A stretch of 64,000 nucleotides of DNA, taken from assembly GCA_943788915.1 (NCBI GenBank), contig CALSSD010000010.1, forward strand, positions 372,001-436,000, in the 5' to 3' direction. The translations under genes were made by a program, and so were the position numbers. The notes under the pieces are model-generated. The model did not search any database. It was given only the letters and a program-made list of their open reading frames with translations, and was not told the origin of the DNA. Positions 10,153 to 21,249 of the stretch are shown one piece after another; positions within the stretch are counted from its first letter, which is position 1; each line of letters starts with the position of its first letter. The DNA is from an uncultured Acidimicrobiales bacterium. Lineage in GTDB: Bacteria > Actinomycetota > Acidimicrobiia > Acidimicrobiales > UBA10347.

Positions 10153-11010
10153 TCACCCCGAGAACGCGAGCCAGGCCGCCCGTAGTGCGATCTCGATGTG
10201 TTCGGCGACGGTTGGTGGTGCCAGGAATGCAACGTCGCCTCGCAAACTCGCGAGGTCAGGGAATGAACCCATACACCAGCGGGCGAACATGGCATCATCC
10301 ATCCATCGCGCGCGTTCTGGCGAGACGCCGACAGGAGACCGCGAACCTTGGGCAGCGGCCGAACGTAACGCGGCCCACGATTCTGTGGTCGACCCGAGTG
10401 TGCGACCAAGGTCAACAGGATCGTCTGATCGCCATCGCCCGGGGACCGGACACAACCGAATGGCGGTGTCCCAGGCAACCGGCGCAGTGGACGGAGCGTT
10501 CAAGATGGCAACCATCAACCGGTCCAGCCACAAGGCAATTGGAAATTCAAGTGCGGGGATTTGGCACGGGGCGGTAGGTCGGCCGACCGATCGCAGACAG
10601 GCATCGATCAACCAGCCCTGTGGCTCTTTCGTGTCGATGACCTGCTCGCTGGTGGCGAGGAGCGAGATAACAGGTCCGGATCTGGGCACGCCGATTGCCA
10701 ATGCAGCGTCACGACGGGTGCGGGCAGGTGGTGTGGCGACGATCGACGAGGCCAGTACCCCGACAGCGGAGTAGCGGGATGGCAGCACCAGTTCAAGCAC
10801 GGCATCTTCGGGCCGGTCAACGCCGTGTCGTACTACGTCGGTGTCGTTGCCCCGGAAACCCACCACAGTGAGTGCGGGGCGAAAGGCTTCGGAGCGGACG
10901 TGTCGTTGCAGGCTGAGGCGCAGGCGCTCACGAAGATCTGGGCCGAGAGCGGAAGCCGGAACAGTGGCTGGTGGCACGTCCGGAAAAGGGAAGGAAGGTT
11001 CGGTGGCCAT
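10153..11010 (-). CDS. Hypothetical protein
   Basis: 285-aa ORF filling the gap between neighbours; no family recognised. Confidence 0.7.
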   Translation of the reverse strand: MATEPSFPFPDVPPATVPASALGPDLRERLRLSLQRHVRSEAFRPALTVVGFRGNDTDVVRHGVDRPEDAVLELVLPSRYSAVGVLASSIVATPPARTRRDAALAIGVPRSGPVISLLATSEQVIDTKEPQGWLIDACLRSVGRPTAPCQIPALEFPIALWLDRLMVAILNAPSTAPVAWDTAIRLCPVPGRWRSDDPVDLGRTLGSTTESWAALRSAAAQGSRSPVGVSPERARWMDDAMFARWCMGSFPDLASLRGDVAFLAPPTVAEHIEIALRAAWLAFSG

Positions 11011-11103
11011 GACGACCTTTGCTGTTGCAGAACGGCGACGTGTTGTGCCGCAGCGTCACAAGCAGAGCGCAGCGGGTGACCCCCGCCGCCAAGGCACACA
11101 CTG

Positions 11104-11125
11104 AGTATGACCAGCGGGTGTGACA
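11104..11125 (-). promoter_or_regulatory. PafBC/RecA-NDp-like promoter TGTCAC-N10-CATACT
   Basis: Minus strand reads TGTCACACCCGCTGGTCATACT; a near-identical layout occurs at 50581-50602. Confidence 0.55.
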
Positions 11126-11144
11126 GTCAGAAGTGGCGCTTCTG

Positions 11145-11534
11145 TCAGAGAGCAAATTCGATATCGGTAGATGGCCGAATGGACCAATCGAAGCGGATCT
11201 CGGGTCCGTCGCCGTCGGCTTCGATCTGCCGTATAACCACGGAGTAGTCGCCAACCTTGGTAGGCGTTCCGGTGATTACAACTGGTTGAGACTCACCCTG
11301 CGCCCATCCCTGGGCGGGTGCTGTGGTTGCTGCCAAGGCAAGAGCAAGGATTATCGCGAGTGGTTTGACGATGTCGAGCAGTCTCAGCCGGCCATGTTTG
11401 ACATACAGATGTTCCAGTGCCAACGCTGCAGCCAAGGCGCCAATGATTAGGCCAATGAGGAGCGGAGTGTGAGACCAACCTAGGTCACTCGCAATATGTC
11501 CGAGTTGAGACGTAATTAATCCGAACGTCGTCAC
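11145..11534 (-). CDS. Hypothetical membrane protein (2 TM plus short beta-rich tail)
   Basis: Two hydrophobic segments; ITGTPTKVGDYSV weakly resembles a putative-Ig motif. Confidence 0.45.
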   Translation of the reverse strand: MTTFGLITSQLGHIASDLGWSHTPLLIGLIIGALAAALALEHLYVKHGRLRLLDIVKPLAIILALALAATTAPAQGWAQGESQPVVITGTPTKVGDYSVVIRQIEADGDGPEIRFDWSIRPSTDIEFAL

Positions 11535-11625
11535 GCACCTGGCGGCACGCGTAAGGGGGTCGGGGTGAACAAAAGTGACGAAGGTCCTAAGAACAGGGCC
11601 TCGGCGATGCAGGAGGAGCGCGTCT

Positions 11626-12051
11626 CTAGTTGGTTTTGGTTCGTTCGTTCATCTGCAGTCGCTTGACTGCACCTACGAGAATCTTGCGACCCAAAGTGGC
11701 GCTCTCGTCGAGCAACGCCATGAACTCGCGTCGATTGAGGATCTCGATGATCATGGGTGATGTTGCCGTGACCGTTGCCGTGCGCGGTGTCCCGCTGATC
11801 ACCGCAAGTTCACCAAGGAACTCGCCCGCAGCTAGGTGCGCGACGGTCTGTCCGTCGATCTCGACCATGGCGGTGCCGCTACTGATGATCATGAACTCTT
11901 GGCCGGGCTCACCTTGACGGGTCAGCGTTGCGCCCTCCTTGATGGTGAGTTCGGTCATGAGTCGGGAAACCGCTTTGAGCTCTCGTTTCGAGAGCTCCGA
12001 GAAGATTGCGATTTCGGCGAGATCGACCCCGCTACTTGTCTTCGTCACCAT
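11626..12051 (-). CDS. Stand-alone cyclic-nucleotide-binding domain protein
   Basis: QGEPGQEFMII.SG...GEFLGELAVISGTPRTATVTA cNMP signature; no HTH; AAGGAG RBS. Confidence 0.9.
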   Translation of the reverse strand: MVTKTSSGVDLAEIAIFSELSKRELKAVSRLMTELTIKEGATLTRQGEPGQEFMIISSGTAMVEIDGQTVAHLAAGEFLGELAVISGTPRTATVTATSPMIIEILNRREFMALLDESATLGRKILVGAVKRLQMNERTKTN

Positions 12052-12177
12052 GTCTCCTTGCGCCTACGGAGCCAAATCCTAGTGGTCGCGTACCATCTCT
12101 CCCGCATCCACAGCCATGCAGGAGTTATGAGCGCTGCATCGGCTGTCCGCTGGCGTACCTTTGGATTGTCCACAGTG

Positions 12178-14141
12178 ATGCAGGATGTACCGGTGGCCCC
12201 GAGCGAAGACACAGAAACGGACCCAAACGCTTCGGCGTTCGCGATCCGCCGCATCGCTGCCTACCTGTGTGTCTGCATTGCTCTGGCAGTTGTGATCTGG
12301 GCACTGGTCGAGGGTGGTGACCGTGATACATCGACGCAGGCTTCTGTGCTGCTGGCCCCGTCGTTCGCTCGTTGGGCAGCGTGACTGGCATGACTGCTGA
12401 ACGCGTCGTTCGGATCGGAGCCGCTGCGGCTGCGATCCTTGCCGCTTTGGGAGCGCTGGTTACCACCGGTGATCTTGAGGCGACGCTGTTGATGGGCGCC
12501 GCAGTCATCTCCGGCCTCGTCTGCCTCGACGCATCCATGGATCCGCGGTTGCGAGCGTTTGGTCCGTGGTTGCTGCTCAGCCTTGCGCCGGTGCTCAAGA
12601 CGGTGCCAGACGTGTGGTTTGAGCTTCGCATCGATAGCGGAGTCCTATTCGAGCGTTATGACCATGCGGGTTCCTTGTTGTTTGGGGTGTGTGTTCTTGG
12701 AGCGATGGTGATCCTGGCCAGACCTGCTGGGGCGCTCGGCGCGTCAGCGGCCAGGTTCGACACGGCCGTGATTCTCGGAAGCGCGACCACCGGAGCGCTT
12801 GCTGGTGTCTCCGTTGCATTCCTTTTCGACGTCGGCTTTGGTTCGGTGGCAGTTGGCCGGCTTTTGGAAACGTCGACGTGGTTCGTGCTCGCAGGAATCC
12901 TGGCTGCGGCCGTGGTGGCCGCCAGTCACGCGCAACACATGCCGGTTGCCTTGAGCGGTGTGTGCGCTACCGGGGCTGCTACATCGGTACTGCTTGCCCT
13001 ATCGGTTGCAGGCCGAGATCTAGATCGGGGCTGGTGGGCGTTCCTCTTTGCCGCACTCGCAGCGAGTGCCGCTCTCGGGGGAGGTGACCTTGGCAGTCGG
13101 TTGGCCAGGGATCGGCGCTCTGCTGCCCCAGTCGTTGTTGTTCTGGTCGTTGGGCCTATTGCTGCGGCGTGCGCGATCGTTGCCCGTAGCGATCGCACCG
13201 CGTGGTCTCCAGGCTGGGCGCTGCTCGGGTGTATGTCGATCTCGATGTTTGGTTTGGCTCTGGCCAGCAAGTCGATTGACGAGCAAGGAGAGGCTCAGAC
13301 TGCATCAGATCCACCCGACCGGGGTCTCGACGACGTCCGACGAGCTCGCCGAGAGCGCCGAGAGCGGGCTCGAGCGCTCGAGGCACTCGACCAGAGCTTC
13401 GACGAGGTCGGCGCGCTGACAAGAGGGACAAGCGGGAGCGGAGCAGGAAATGCTGGTGGGAATAGGCCAGAAAACACTGTGCCATCGGCGGCTGTGGCAG
13501 GTTCGACCGATGCGAAACCAGTAGTGGAGCGGCCAACCCCGGTCATATCACCGCCGTTGTCCGACAAGAGCATGGTTACCGAAGCCCAAGCAGCAGCGGC
13601 GGTTCGCACTGCACCCCAGGCCCAGCGGCATTCACTTGCCCCGATCGCCCAGGCGCATCACTTTGACCCATCGACCGGCTTGCTGTCGGCCGCTGGTTTG
13701 CAGCACGCACTTGTTCGAGCGTTCGACGTGCCGCGTCGAGCAGGACATGTGACCATGTTGATGTTCACGATCCGTGACCTCGATCAGATCGAGAAAGAAC
13801 ATGGCAGGCTGGCGTCGGCGGCTGTCACACGCGAGGTCGCAGAGCGGGTTCATGCGTTGCTGTCGAGCGGCAGTGGTGCCCGGTTCAGTCGAGCGTCTTA
13901 TGCGGTTGTCTTCGTTGGTGATCATGCAAATGCCCATGAAACCACGCAATGGTTGGCCCGTGTCCTGCTAAAACTGCGTGCTCCGGTCGAGGGCGGAACC
14001 TTCGGCGACAAGATTGATGTGGTTGCAGGGATGGCCCAGTGTTATGAAAATGAAGATGCAGCAAATTTTGTCAAACGAGCCACCGACGGGCTTGCCAGGG
14101 CAGAGCGGCTTGCGGAACCAACGCTGGTCGCTATGCCGTAA
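12178..14141 (+). CDS. Multi-TM protein with a degenerate C-terminal GGDEF domain; probable frameshift at the C4 run 12356-12359 joins ORF 12178-12384 to ORF 12372-14141
   Basis: About 10 TM; FDPSTGLLS...LMFTIRDLDQIEKEHG...ARFSRASYAVV (GGDEF site replaced). Confidence 0.7.
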
Positions 14142-14189
14142 CCATGTGAACCCGGTGAACCCTGCCAGGCCAGTGCTGGACCGACGATC

Positions 14190-16164
14190 ATGACGGATGA
14201 ACCGACCGGCGTGGAACCGTTGTGGGTACCAAGCGAACGTCGCTCTAGCGACACCCGCCTGAGCAAGTTTCAGGCGTTTCTCGACAAGCGCGGTCATGGC
14301 CCATTCGAGAGCTTCGAAGCCTTGCACTGGTTTTCTGTCAACGAACCAGAACACTTCTGGGATGCCATCTGGGATTTCACTGGTGTCATTGGCACCAAAG
14401 GTGAAGTCATCATCGAGCCAGCGACGCACCTCGCCGACGTGCGGTTCTTCCCGAACGCCGAGCTGAACATCGCCGAGAACATTCTGCGCCCGAACGATGA
14501 TCCCACTGACCTGATGCTCGTGGGATGTGGCGAAGGAGGGGTAACCGAACGCCTGACACGAGGCGAGATGTTGAGCCGTGTCGGCCAGATGCAACAGCTA
14601 TTGCGACGCCACCAGGTCGGCGTAGGTGATGTCGTAGCAGCATGGCTGCCCAACACAGCCGAGACCTACATCGTCATGCTCGCGGCGGCAGGCCTAGGCG
14701 CCACATTTGTTTCGACCTCGCCTGACTTTCGGCGTCGACGGTGTCTTGGACCGTTTCGGCCAGGTCAGCCCCAAGGTCATGATTGCTGCAAACGGCTACA
14801 TCTATGGTGGTCGGCCCTTTGATTGTCTGGAGCGTTTGGCGACCGTGCGGGCTGCGTTGCCGAGCCTCGACGCGGTGTTCGTGCATCAGGCCATCGATTC
14901 TGACATCGAACTCGATGCAGACGTCCATGGGGCCAGCCTGGCCGATGCGCTCGCCGAGGTTGAGCTCGTCGATCCAACGTTCCTTCCGTTGCCCTTCGAC
15001 CACCCGTTGTACGTCCTGTTTTCATCGGGCACCACCGGGAAACCAAAACCCATCGTGCATCGAGCCGGCGGTGTGCTGCTTACGCACATGAAAGAACACC
15101 AACTCGCGTGCGACATTCGGCCCGAGGACCGAGTGTTCTACTTCACCACCACCGGCTGGATGATGTGGAACTGGCTCGCCACCGTGATGGCCAGCAAAGC
15201 CGCGATTGTTGTCTATGACGGCAATCCAGCTCATCCCAGCCTGACTCGACTCTTTAGCCTGATCGACGACATCGGGATCACGTTTTTCGGTACATCGGCC
15301 AAGTTCATCGAAACGCTGCTCAAAGCAGACGCGACCATCGCCGATCGACATGGTCTGGCATCAATGCGCACGTTGGCCAGCACCGGTTCGCCGCTTTCCC
15401 CCGAGGGTTTTGCGTTCGTGTACGACGAAATCGCGGCCGATGTCCACCTGCTGTCCATGTCGGGCGGCACCGACCTCTGCGGCTGTCTGGTCTCGGGTGA
15501 TCCCAATGGGCCGGTGTACTCCGGACAGATCCAACGACCGGTTCTGGGCATGGCGATCGATGTGTTCGACGATGTTGGACGATCCGTTGGACCGGGCGTG
15601 CAGGGCGAGTTGGTGTGTACCAAGGCGTTTCCTTCGATGCCGCTCACGTTTCTCGGCGACAATGGTCGCGACCGATATCTCGCCGCCTATTTCGAACGGT
15701 TTGACAACGTCTGGCACCAAGGCGACTTCGCAGAATGGACGCACCAGGGTGGTGTCGTGATTCACGGCCGAAGCGATGCCACGCTGAATCCGGGCGGGGT
15801 GCGGATTGGTACTGCGGAGATTTACTCGCAGCTCGAGAAGGTTCCAGAGGTCCTCGAAGGGCTGGTTATCGGCCAGATATACGACGCCGACACCCGCATC
15901 GTGTTGTTCGTGCGACTACGCGAGGGCGTTGAGCTGGACACCACGTTGGCGGACCGCATTCGATTGACTATCCGCCACGGTGCAACGCCGCGCCATGTTC
16001 CGGCGGTCGTGCTTGCGGTCGACGATCTGCCCCGCACCAGGAGCGGCAAGATTGCCGAGATTGCTGTCCGCGAGATCGTGCATGGCAGATCGGTCAACAA
16101 CCAGTCAGCGCTCGCCAATCCCGAGGCGCTGGCGCTGTTCGAGAACCTTCCAGAGCTCGCCTAA
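14190..16164 (+). CDS. Acetoacetate--CoA ligase (acetoacetyl-CoA synthetase) with a +1 frameshift at 14727-14729
   Basis: Removing one T restores STSPDFGVDGVLDRFGQ; FSSGTTGKPKPIVH, FTTTGWMMWNW, SGGTD, GRSDATLNPGGVRIGTAEIY. Confidence 0.9.
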
Positions 16165-16337
16165 TCGAGGCTTCTGAAGGCCGCAGAGAAACCTGAATGG
16201 TGTTGCCGGCTTTGGTTCCGGCGCCAGAATCCAGATAGCTCGCATCAAAATCATGGCTCGTGGCATGACTAGTTGGTGAAACATGGCTAGCATCCGGGTC
16301 ACGCGGACGGGGTCCGCGAACTTGAGGGGACCTTTTC

Positions 16338-18104
16338 ATGATTTCACGTTTTGTTCGACTTGTTGCTGCGCTTTTGGCGCTCGCGGTGTTCACCGCCGCA
16401 TGCGGCGGCGGTAGCGATAGCGGCGCTACCTCTTCTGGTGGAGACACCGAAGCGGTGGACACCAGCTCAACTGACACAACCGACGATGAACCTGCTGATT
16501 CCGGTTCTGATGACGAAGCAGACGCAGCCGATGAACCCGAAGAGTCAACCGACACGGTTGAACTCATCGAGGTTGACGAGAGCGAAGCAGCCGTTTTTGG
16601 TGGCACGCTTCGTTATGCACTCGAGGCCGATGTCGATGGCCTCAACCCCGTCAGCTCGGCCTTCTCAGCACCGGGTTTGCTTATGGGCGTGGCGGTATTT
16701 GACACGCTTGCCGTGTTCGATGCCGATGACCAGTGGCAGCCATACCTAGCCGAATCGTTCACACCAAACGATGATTTCACCGTGTGGACAATGGAGCTCC
16801 GCGAGGGTGTGACCTTCCACGATGGAGCGCCGCTCGATGGCGCAGCGATCGCCGTGAACTTCGGCACCGTGTTGCAAGATCCACTCGTAGGTCTGGCCGT
16901 GCGCCCGTTCTACAACCTCGAAAACCCCATCGAGATCATCGATGAGCTGACGGTGCAGTACAACCTGTCACTACCGAACGCCAACTGGCCAACCAGCCAA
17001 ACCGGCCAGCTCGGCATGGTGGCATCACCAGCATGGCTCGAGGCAGCACTCGCAGACCCAACCTTGAACCAGGCGCCAATCGGTACCGGCCCGTTCGTCT
17101 TTGAAAGTCGCAGCGAAGACAGTGTGACCCGCATGGTTCGCAACGAGAGCTGGTGGAACGGCGATGTGTACCTCGACGCTGTCGAGTTTGTCACGGTCAC
17201 CGACCCCGACACCCGCAACGATCTGCTGCTACAAGGTGACATTCAGGCATTGCAGACCACCAACGCTGCGTCGGTCGATGACCTCCAAAACGCCGAGGGC
17301 ATCCAAAACCTGATCGACGATTCGGGCGACGAATCCTTCATCATGATCAACTCGACGGCCACGCCGTTCGACGATATCCGTGCCCGTCAGGCGTTGACTT
17401 ACGCGACGCCCCGCCAGAACTACATCGACCTGATCGGTCTGGGTATCCAGCAAGCGGCCGACCAGATGTTCACGCCATCGAGCCCGTATTACAACCCTGA
17501 CGTCGTGCAGGAAGCCGATCAGCCAGAGCTCGTAGGAGACCTCGTTGACTCCTACTGCGGCGACTTCGCGGAGAACTGCACCGACGGCAAGATCAACATG
17601 GAATTTCAGTGGTCGGGCCCAAGTGTTGTGCAGACCCGCATCGCCGAGTTGCTCGACGAAGGCTGGAGCATCGGCTTCAACGTCGAATTCCAAGAACTTC
17701 CTCAAGATGCTCATATCCAGGAAGTCGCCTTCGGCGTCTTCGATGTTGTGACCTGGCGCCAATTCGGTGCGCCTAATCCCGGAGACGACCGTATCTGGCT
17801 TGCGTGCGACACCATTGGTGGCCTTTCGTTGAACTGGCCACGTTTCTGTGACCCAACTCGCGATGCACTGCTCGACGACCTCGGCCTTGCCACCACGGTC
17901 GAAGAGCGCCAGCCACTTCTCGCCGAGCTCAGCGAAAAGGTGAACGAGGACTACCTCTACGTGTTCCTGCTGCACTCGTTGTGGGATCATTCCTTTGCTG
18001 AGAACGTGCGAGGCATGTGCGGTCACGTCACGCCGAACGGCGATGACATGCGGTGCGTGCTCAACGGCCGAACCTGGCTCAGTAACGTCTGGTTGGCGGA
18101 ATAA
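16338..18104 (+). CDS. ABC transporter substrate-binding lipoprotein, family 5 (OppA/DppA-like)
   Basis: Lipobox FTAAC, acidic linker, PYLAES...LREGVTFHDG, PIGTGPF, PFDDIRARQAL. Confidence 0.92.
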   Translation: MISRFVRLVAALLALAVFTAACGGGSDSGATSSGGDTEAVDTSSTDTTDDEPADSGSDDEADAADEPEESTDTVELIEVDESEAAVFGGTLRYALEADVDGLNPVSSAFSAPGLLMGVAVFDTLAVFDADDQWQPYLAESFTPNDDFTVWTMELREGVTFHDGAPLDGAAIAVNFGTVLQDPLVGLAVRPFYNLENPIEIIDELTVQYNLSLPNANWPTSQTGQLGMVASPAWLEAALADPTLNQAPIGTGPFVFESRSEDSVTRMVRNESWWNGDVYLDAVEFVTVTDPDTRNDLLLQGDIQALQTTNAASVDDLQNAEGIQNLIDDSGDESFIMINSTATPFDDIRARQALTYATPRQNYIDLIGLGIQQAADQMFTPSSPYYNPDVVQEADQPELVGDLVDSYCGDFAENCTDGKINMEFQWSGPSVVQTRIAELLDEGWSIGFNVEFQELPQDAHIQEVAFGVFDVVTWRQFGAPNPGDDRIWLACDTIGGLSLNWPRFCDPTRDALLDDLGLATTVEERQPLLAELSEKVNEDYLYVFLLHSLWDHSFAENVRGMCGHVTPNGDDMRCVLNGRTWLSNVWLAE

Positions 18105-18139
18105 CTGGCTAAGAAGGACTATGGAAACAACGGTCGCCG

Positions 18140-19298
18140 ATGAGACGTTCACTGCAACGAGTGGCAATGGTCGTGCTGTTACTGGTTGCAGTCAGCATGT
18201 TGACATTTGTTGCTATGAACGTGCTCGGCGATCCGCTGTTCAACATCCTGGGGCCGATAGCCGGCGACACCGAAAATCCCGAAAGTATTGCCAAGATCGA
18301 GGCCGCCGAGGCGCAGTATTATCTCGACAAGCCGCTTCCTGAGCGGTATGTTCGGTGGCTCGGCGACTTTGTGCAGGGCGATATGGGGGTGAGGTTTGGT
18401 TCCGACGGCCAGCCTCCGGTGACCGGACTGATCAAGGAACGCCTCCCGCGTTCGCTGGTGCTGATGGGTATGGCGCAGGTCATGGCACTCGCCATAGCAA
18501 TTCCGTGGGGTATCTCATCTGCGGCTGGGTCACTGGGTGGTGTGGATGCGGGCCCACGATCATTGCGTTTTCTGGTGCCGTTTTCGCTTAAGGCAGTTGC
18601 GGTCATCTACTTCGCCTTATCGCTCTTTGGGTCGACCATTGGTGTGGTGGTCCTGATTTGGTTTGTCGCGTTACTCGTCGCGCACCAGTTGGCCGAGACG
18701 GTCCCTGCGGCGCGAGCGCTCGTAGACGTCGTCAAAAAGGTGATGAGTGGTTTCTCGTCTGCGTTGTCGTTCGGTTTCATCTCGATGCCGAACTTTGCAC
18801 TTGCGGTCCTGCTCTACTACGTGTTTGCTCTGAAACAGGGCTGGTTTCCGCTGCGTTACGACGCCAGTGATGGTTTCTTCACTCGCATGTGGCAACTGTT
18901 CTTGCCGGCGCTCACGCTTGCCTTACCGGGCGCGGCTGTGTATCAACGCCTGTTGCGCACCGACTTGATCACCACGCTGCAGGAAGACTTCATCCTTGAT
19001 GGCACGAGCCAAGGGCGTAAGTAAACGCCGGGTTCTGTTCCGACACGCTCTCCGTCCGTCGATGTTCTCGGTGATCACCGTTTTTGGCATTAATGCTGGC
19101 GCCCTTGTCGGTGGAGCGCTTGTTGTCGAGACGTTCTTTGGTATTCCCGGCATCGGCACCGCGGTCGTCGAAGCCATCTTGCGCGAAGACTTCCCGGTCG
19201 TGTTGGCGATCGTGATGATCGTTGCGACCGGATTTGTGGTGCTCAACTTCCTTGTTGATTTGCTGTATTCGGTCCTCGACCCTCGGGTGCGTTCATGA
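18140..19298 (+). CDS. ABC transporter permease OppB/DppB-like; frameshift near 18994-18997 and a ~70-aa insertion
   Basis: LDKPLPERYVRWL, LPALTLAL; removing one base gives EDFILMARAKG (EAA loop), then RHALRPS and VETFFGIPGIG. Confidence 0.88.
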
Positions 19299-20200
19299 GC
19301 CAGGATGTTTCTACCGGCGGTGTGATCGAGGCAATCGAGCCCGAAGGCGCCCAGGCCGGCGTTGTGAAGAAGACGTTGGGGCTCGGATTCTGGCTTGCTG
19401 TCGGATGGATCGTGCTTATCGCCCTGCTTGCCCTGCTGGCGCCGGTCCTGCCGCTGAAAGATCCAAACGCAAACTTCATCGACATCCAGGGCAAGGGTCG
19501 GCCGCCATACGGCCCGTCGGGGGATCACTGGCTGGGCAGCGATCAAGATGCACGCGACATGCTCAGTCGCACGATCTATGGCGCTCGAGTATCCCTTGTT
19601 GTCGGGTTCTCGGCGGTGGCATTCGGTTTCGCCATCGGTGGAACAATCGGCCTGGTTAGTGGATTCGTGCGAGGCATGTTCGACAAGATCACGTCGTTCA
19701 TCATGTTGGTGCTGCTGTCGTTCCCGGCATTGATCCTGGCCATCTTGATCACGTCGCTCATGGAGCGAAGCCTGCTCACGATTGCGCTCACCCTGGGCAT
19801 ATTGTCGGTTGCACCCGTGGGGCGACTCGCTCGGTCGGCGAGCCTGGTCTTCTCCGAGCGTGAGTTCGTGCTTGCGGCCCGCACGATGGGCGCGAAACCT
19901 TCACACATCATGCTTCGTGAGTTACTCCCGAACGTGTTGATCCCGATGTCAGCACTTGCGCTGCTGGGCACAGCGGTAGCCATCGTGGCTGAAGGCGGGC
20001 TGGCCTTCCTCGGTTTGTCGGTCGAGAAAGGCAGTACGTGGGGCAAACTCATTCTCACCGGCGCTCAGACCCGCCAACTCGAGGAAGCACCCTGGATCGC
20101 ATTCGTACCGATTACCGCCTTGTTCCTGACCGTTATGGCCTTGAATTTCGCTGGCGACCGATTGCGTGAGTACTTCGACGTACGCGAGCTGGCACTGTGA
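19295..20200 (+). CDS. ABC transporter permease OppC/DppC-like
   Basis: HWLGSDQDARDMLSRTIYGARVSL, EREFVLAARTMGA, LLPN, LAFLGL. Confidence 0.92.
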   Translation: MSQDVSTGGVIEAIEPEGAQAGVVKKTLGLGFWLAVGWIVLIALLALLAPVLPLKDPNANFIDIQGKGRPPYGPSGDHWLGSDQDARDMLSRTIYGARVSLVVGFSAVAFGFAIGGTIGLVSGFVRGMFDKITSFIMLVLLSFPALILAILITSLMERSLLTIALTLGILSVAPVGRLARSASLVFSEREFVLAARTMGAKPSHIMLRELLPNVLIPMSALALLGTAVAIVAEGGLAFLGLSVEKGSTWGKLILTGAQTRQLEEAPWIAFVPITALFLTVMALNFAGDRLREYFDVRELAL

Positions 20201-21249
20201 ACAACCCCGATGTGCTGCTTGATGTCAGCGACTACTCCGTTGGTTTTCGAACCGAACGGGGGCTGGCTCAAGTGGTCGACAAGGTCTCGTTCCAGGTCGA
20301 ACGGGGCAAAACTTTAGGCATCGTCGGCGAGTCGGGTTCAGGCAAGTCAGTCCTGAACCGATCCCTTATGGGCTTGATCTCAAGCAACCGTCAGATCGAA
20401 TCGGGCTCCGCGTTCTTCGCGGGAGAGCAGTTAGTGGGGTGCGACCGGCAAGACTTCTGGGGCAAACGCATCGGCATGATCTTCCAAGATCCGATGACAT
20501 CGCTCAACCCGGTCATGCGTATTGGCCGGCAACTGTTTGAGCCGTTGAAGCAGCACTTGTCAATGAGCAAGGACCAGGCCACGCAGCGGGCCATCGAAAT
20601 GCTGACGCAGGTCGGAATCCCTGAACCAGAGCGTCGGCTGCGTCAGTACCCCCACGAGCTGTCCGGCGGTATGCGGCAGCGAGTCATGATTGCAATCGCT
20701 CTGGCCGGTGAACCTGAGTTACTGATCGCCGATGAACCAACAACAGCGCTCGATGTCACCGTGCAGAAGTACATCCTTGATCTGCTCAAGGATCTGCAGA
20801 CCGAGATTGGTATGTCCATCATCCTGATCACCCATGACTTGGGTGTGGCTCGTGGCCGTACCGACGAAATTATGGTCATGTACGGCGGCCGAATGATGGA
20901 ACTGGCCCCATCCGAAGAGCTCTTCAGCAACATGAGTCACCCCTATACCGAGGCCCTTTTCTCGGCGATTCCGCGTGTTGATCAACCAAAACACACTCGC
21001 CTGACGCCCATTGCCGGGGCCCCGCCAGATCCGGTGGAACCACCTTCCGGCTGCCGGTTTAGTCCTCGGTGTGTGTACGCACAACAAGACTGCACCATCA
21101 ATCTGCCCGAGGCCGATGGTCCTGGCGATCACAAGTTTGCGTGTTTCTACCCGGTGAACACCGAGGGCGGCCGCAGTGCACGTGCCACCAATATCGAAAA
21201 CGGCCAGACAGCCACCGGCCTCAAGATCCAGACTGCGGGGGTTAGCTGA
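20197..21249 (+). CDS. Oligopeptide ABC transporter ATP-binding protein, OppD-like
   Basis: GESGSGKS, IFQDPMTSLNP, LSGGMRQR, IADEPTTALD, C-terminal GCRFSPRC. Confidence 0.95.
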   Translation: MNNPDVLLDVSDYSVGFRTERGLAQVVDKVSFQVERGKTLGIVGESGSGKSVLNRSLMGLISSNRQIESGSAFFAGEQLVGCDRQDFWGKRIGMIFQDPMTSLNPVMRIGRQLFEPLKQHLSMSKDQATQRAIEMLTQVGIPEPERRLRQYPHELSGGMRQRVMIAIALAGEPELLIADEPTTALDVTVQKYILDLLKDLQTEIGMSIILITHDLGVARGRTDEIMVMYGGRMMELAPSEELFSNMSHPYTEALFSAIPRVDQPKHTRLTPIAGAPPDPVEPPSGCRFSPRCVYAQQDCTINLPEADGPGDHKFACFYPVNTEGGRSARATNIENGQTATGLKIQTAGVS

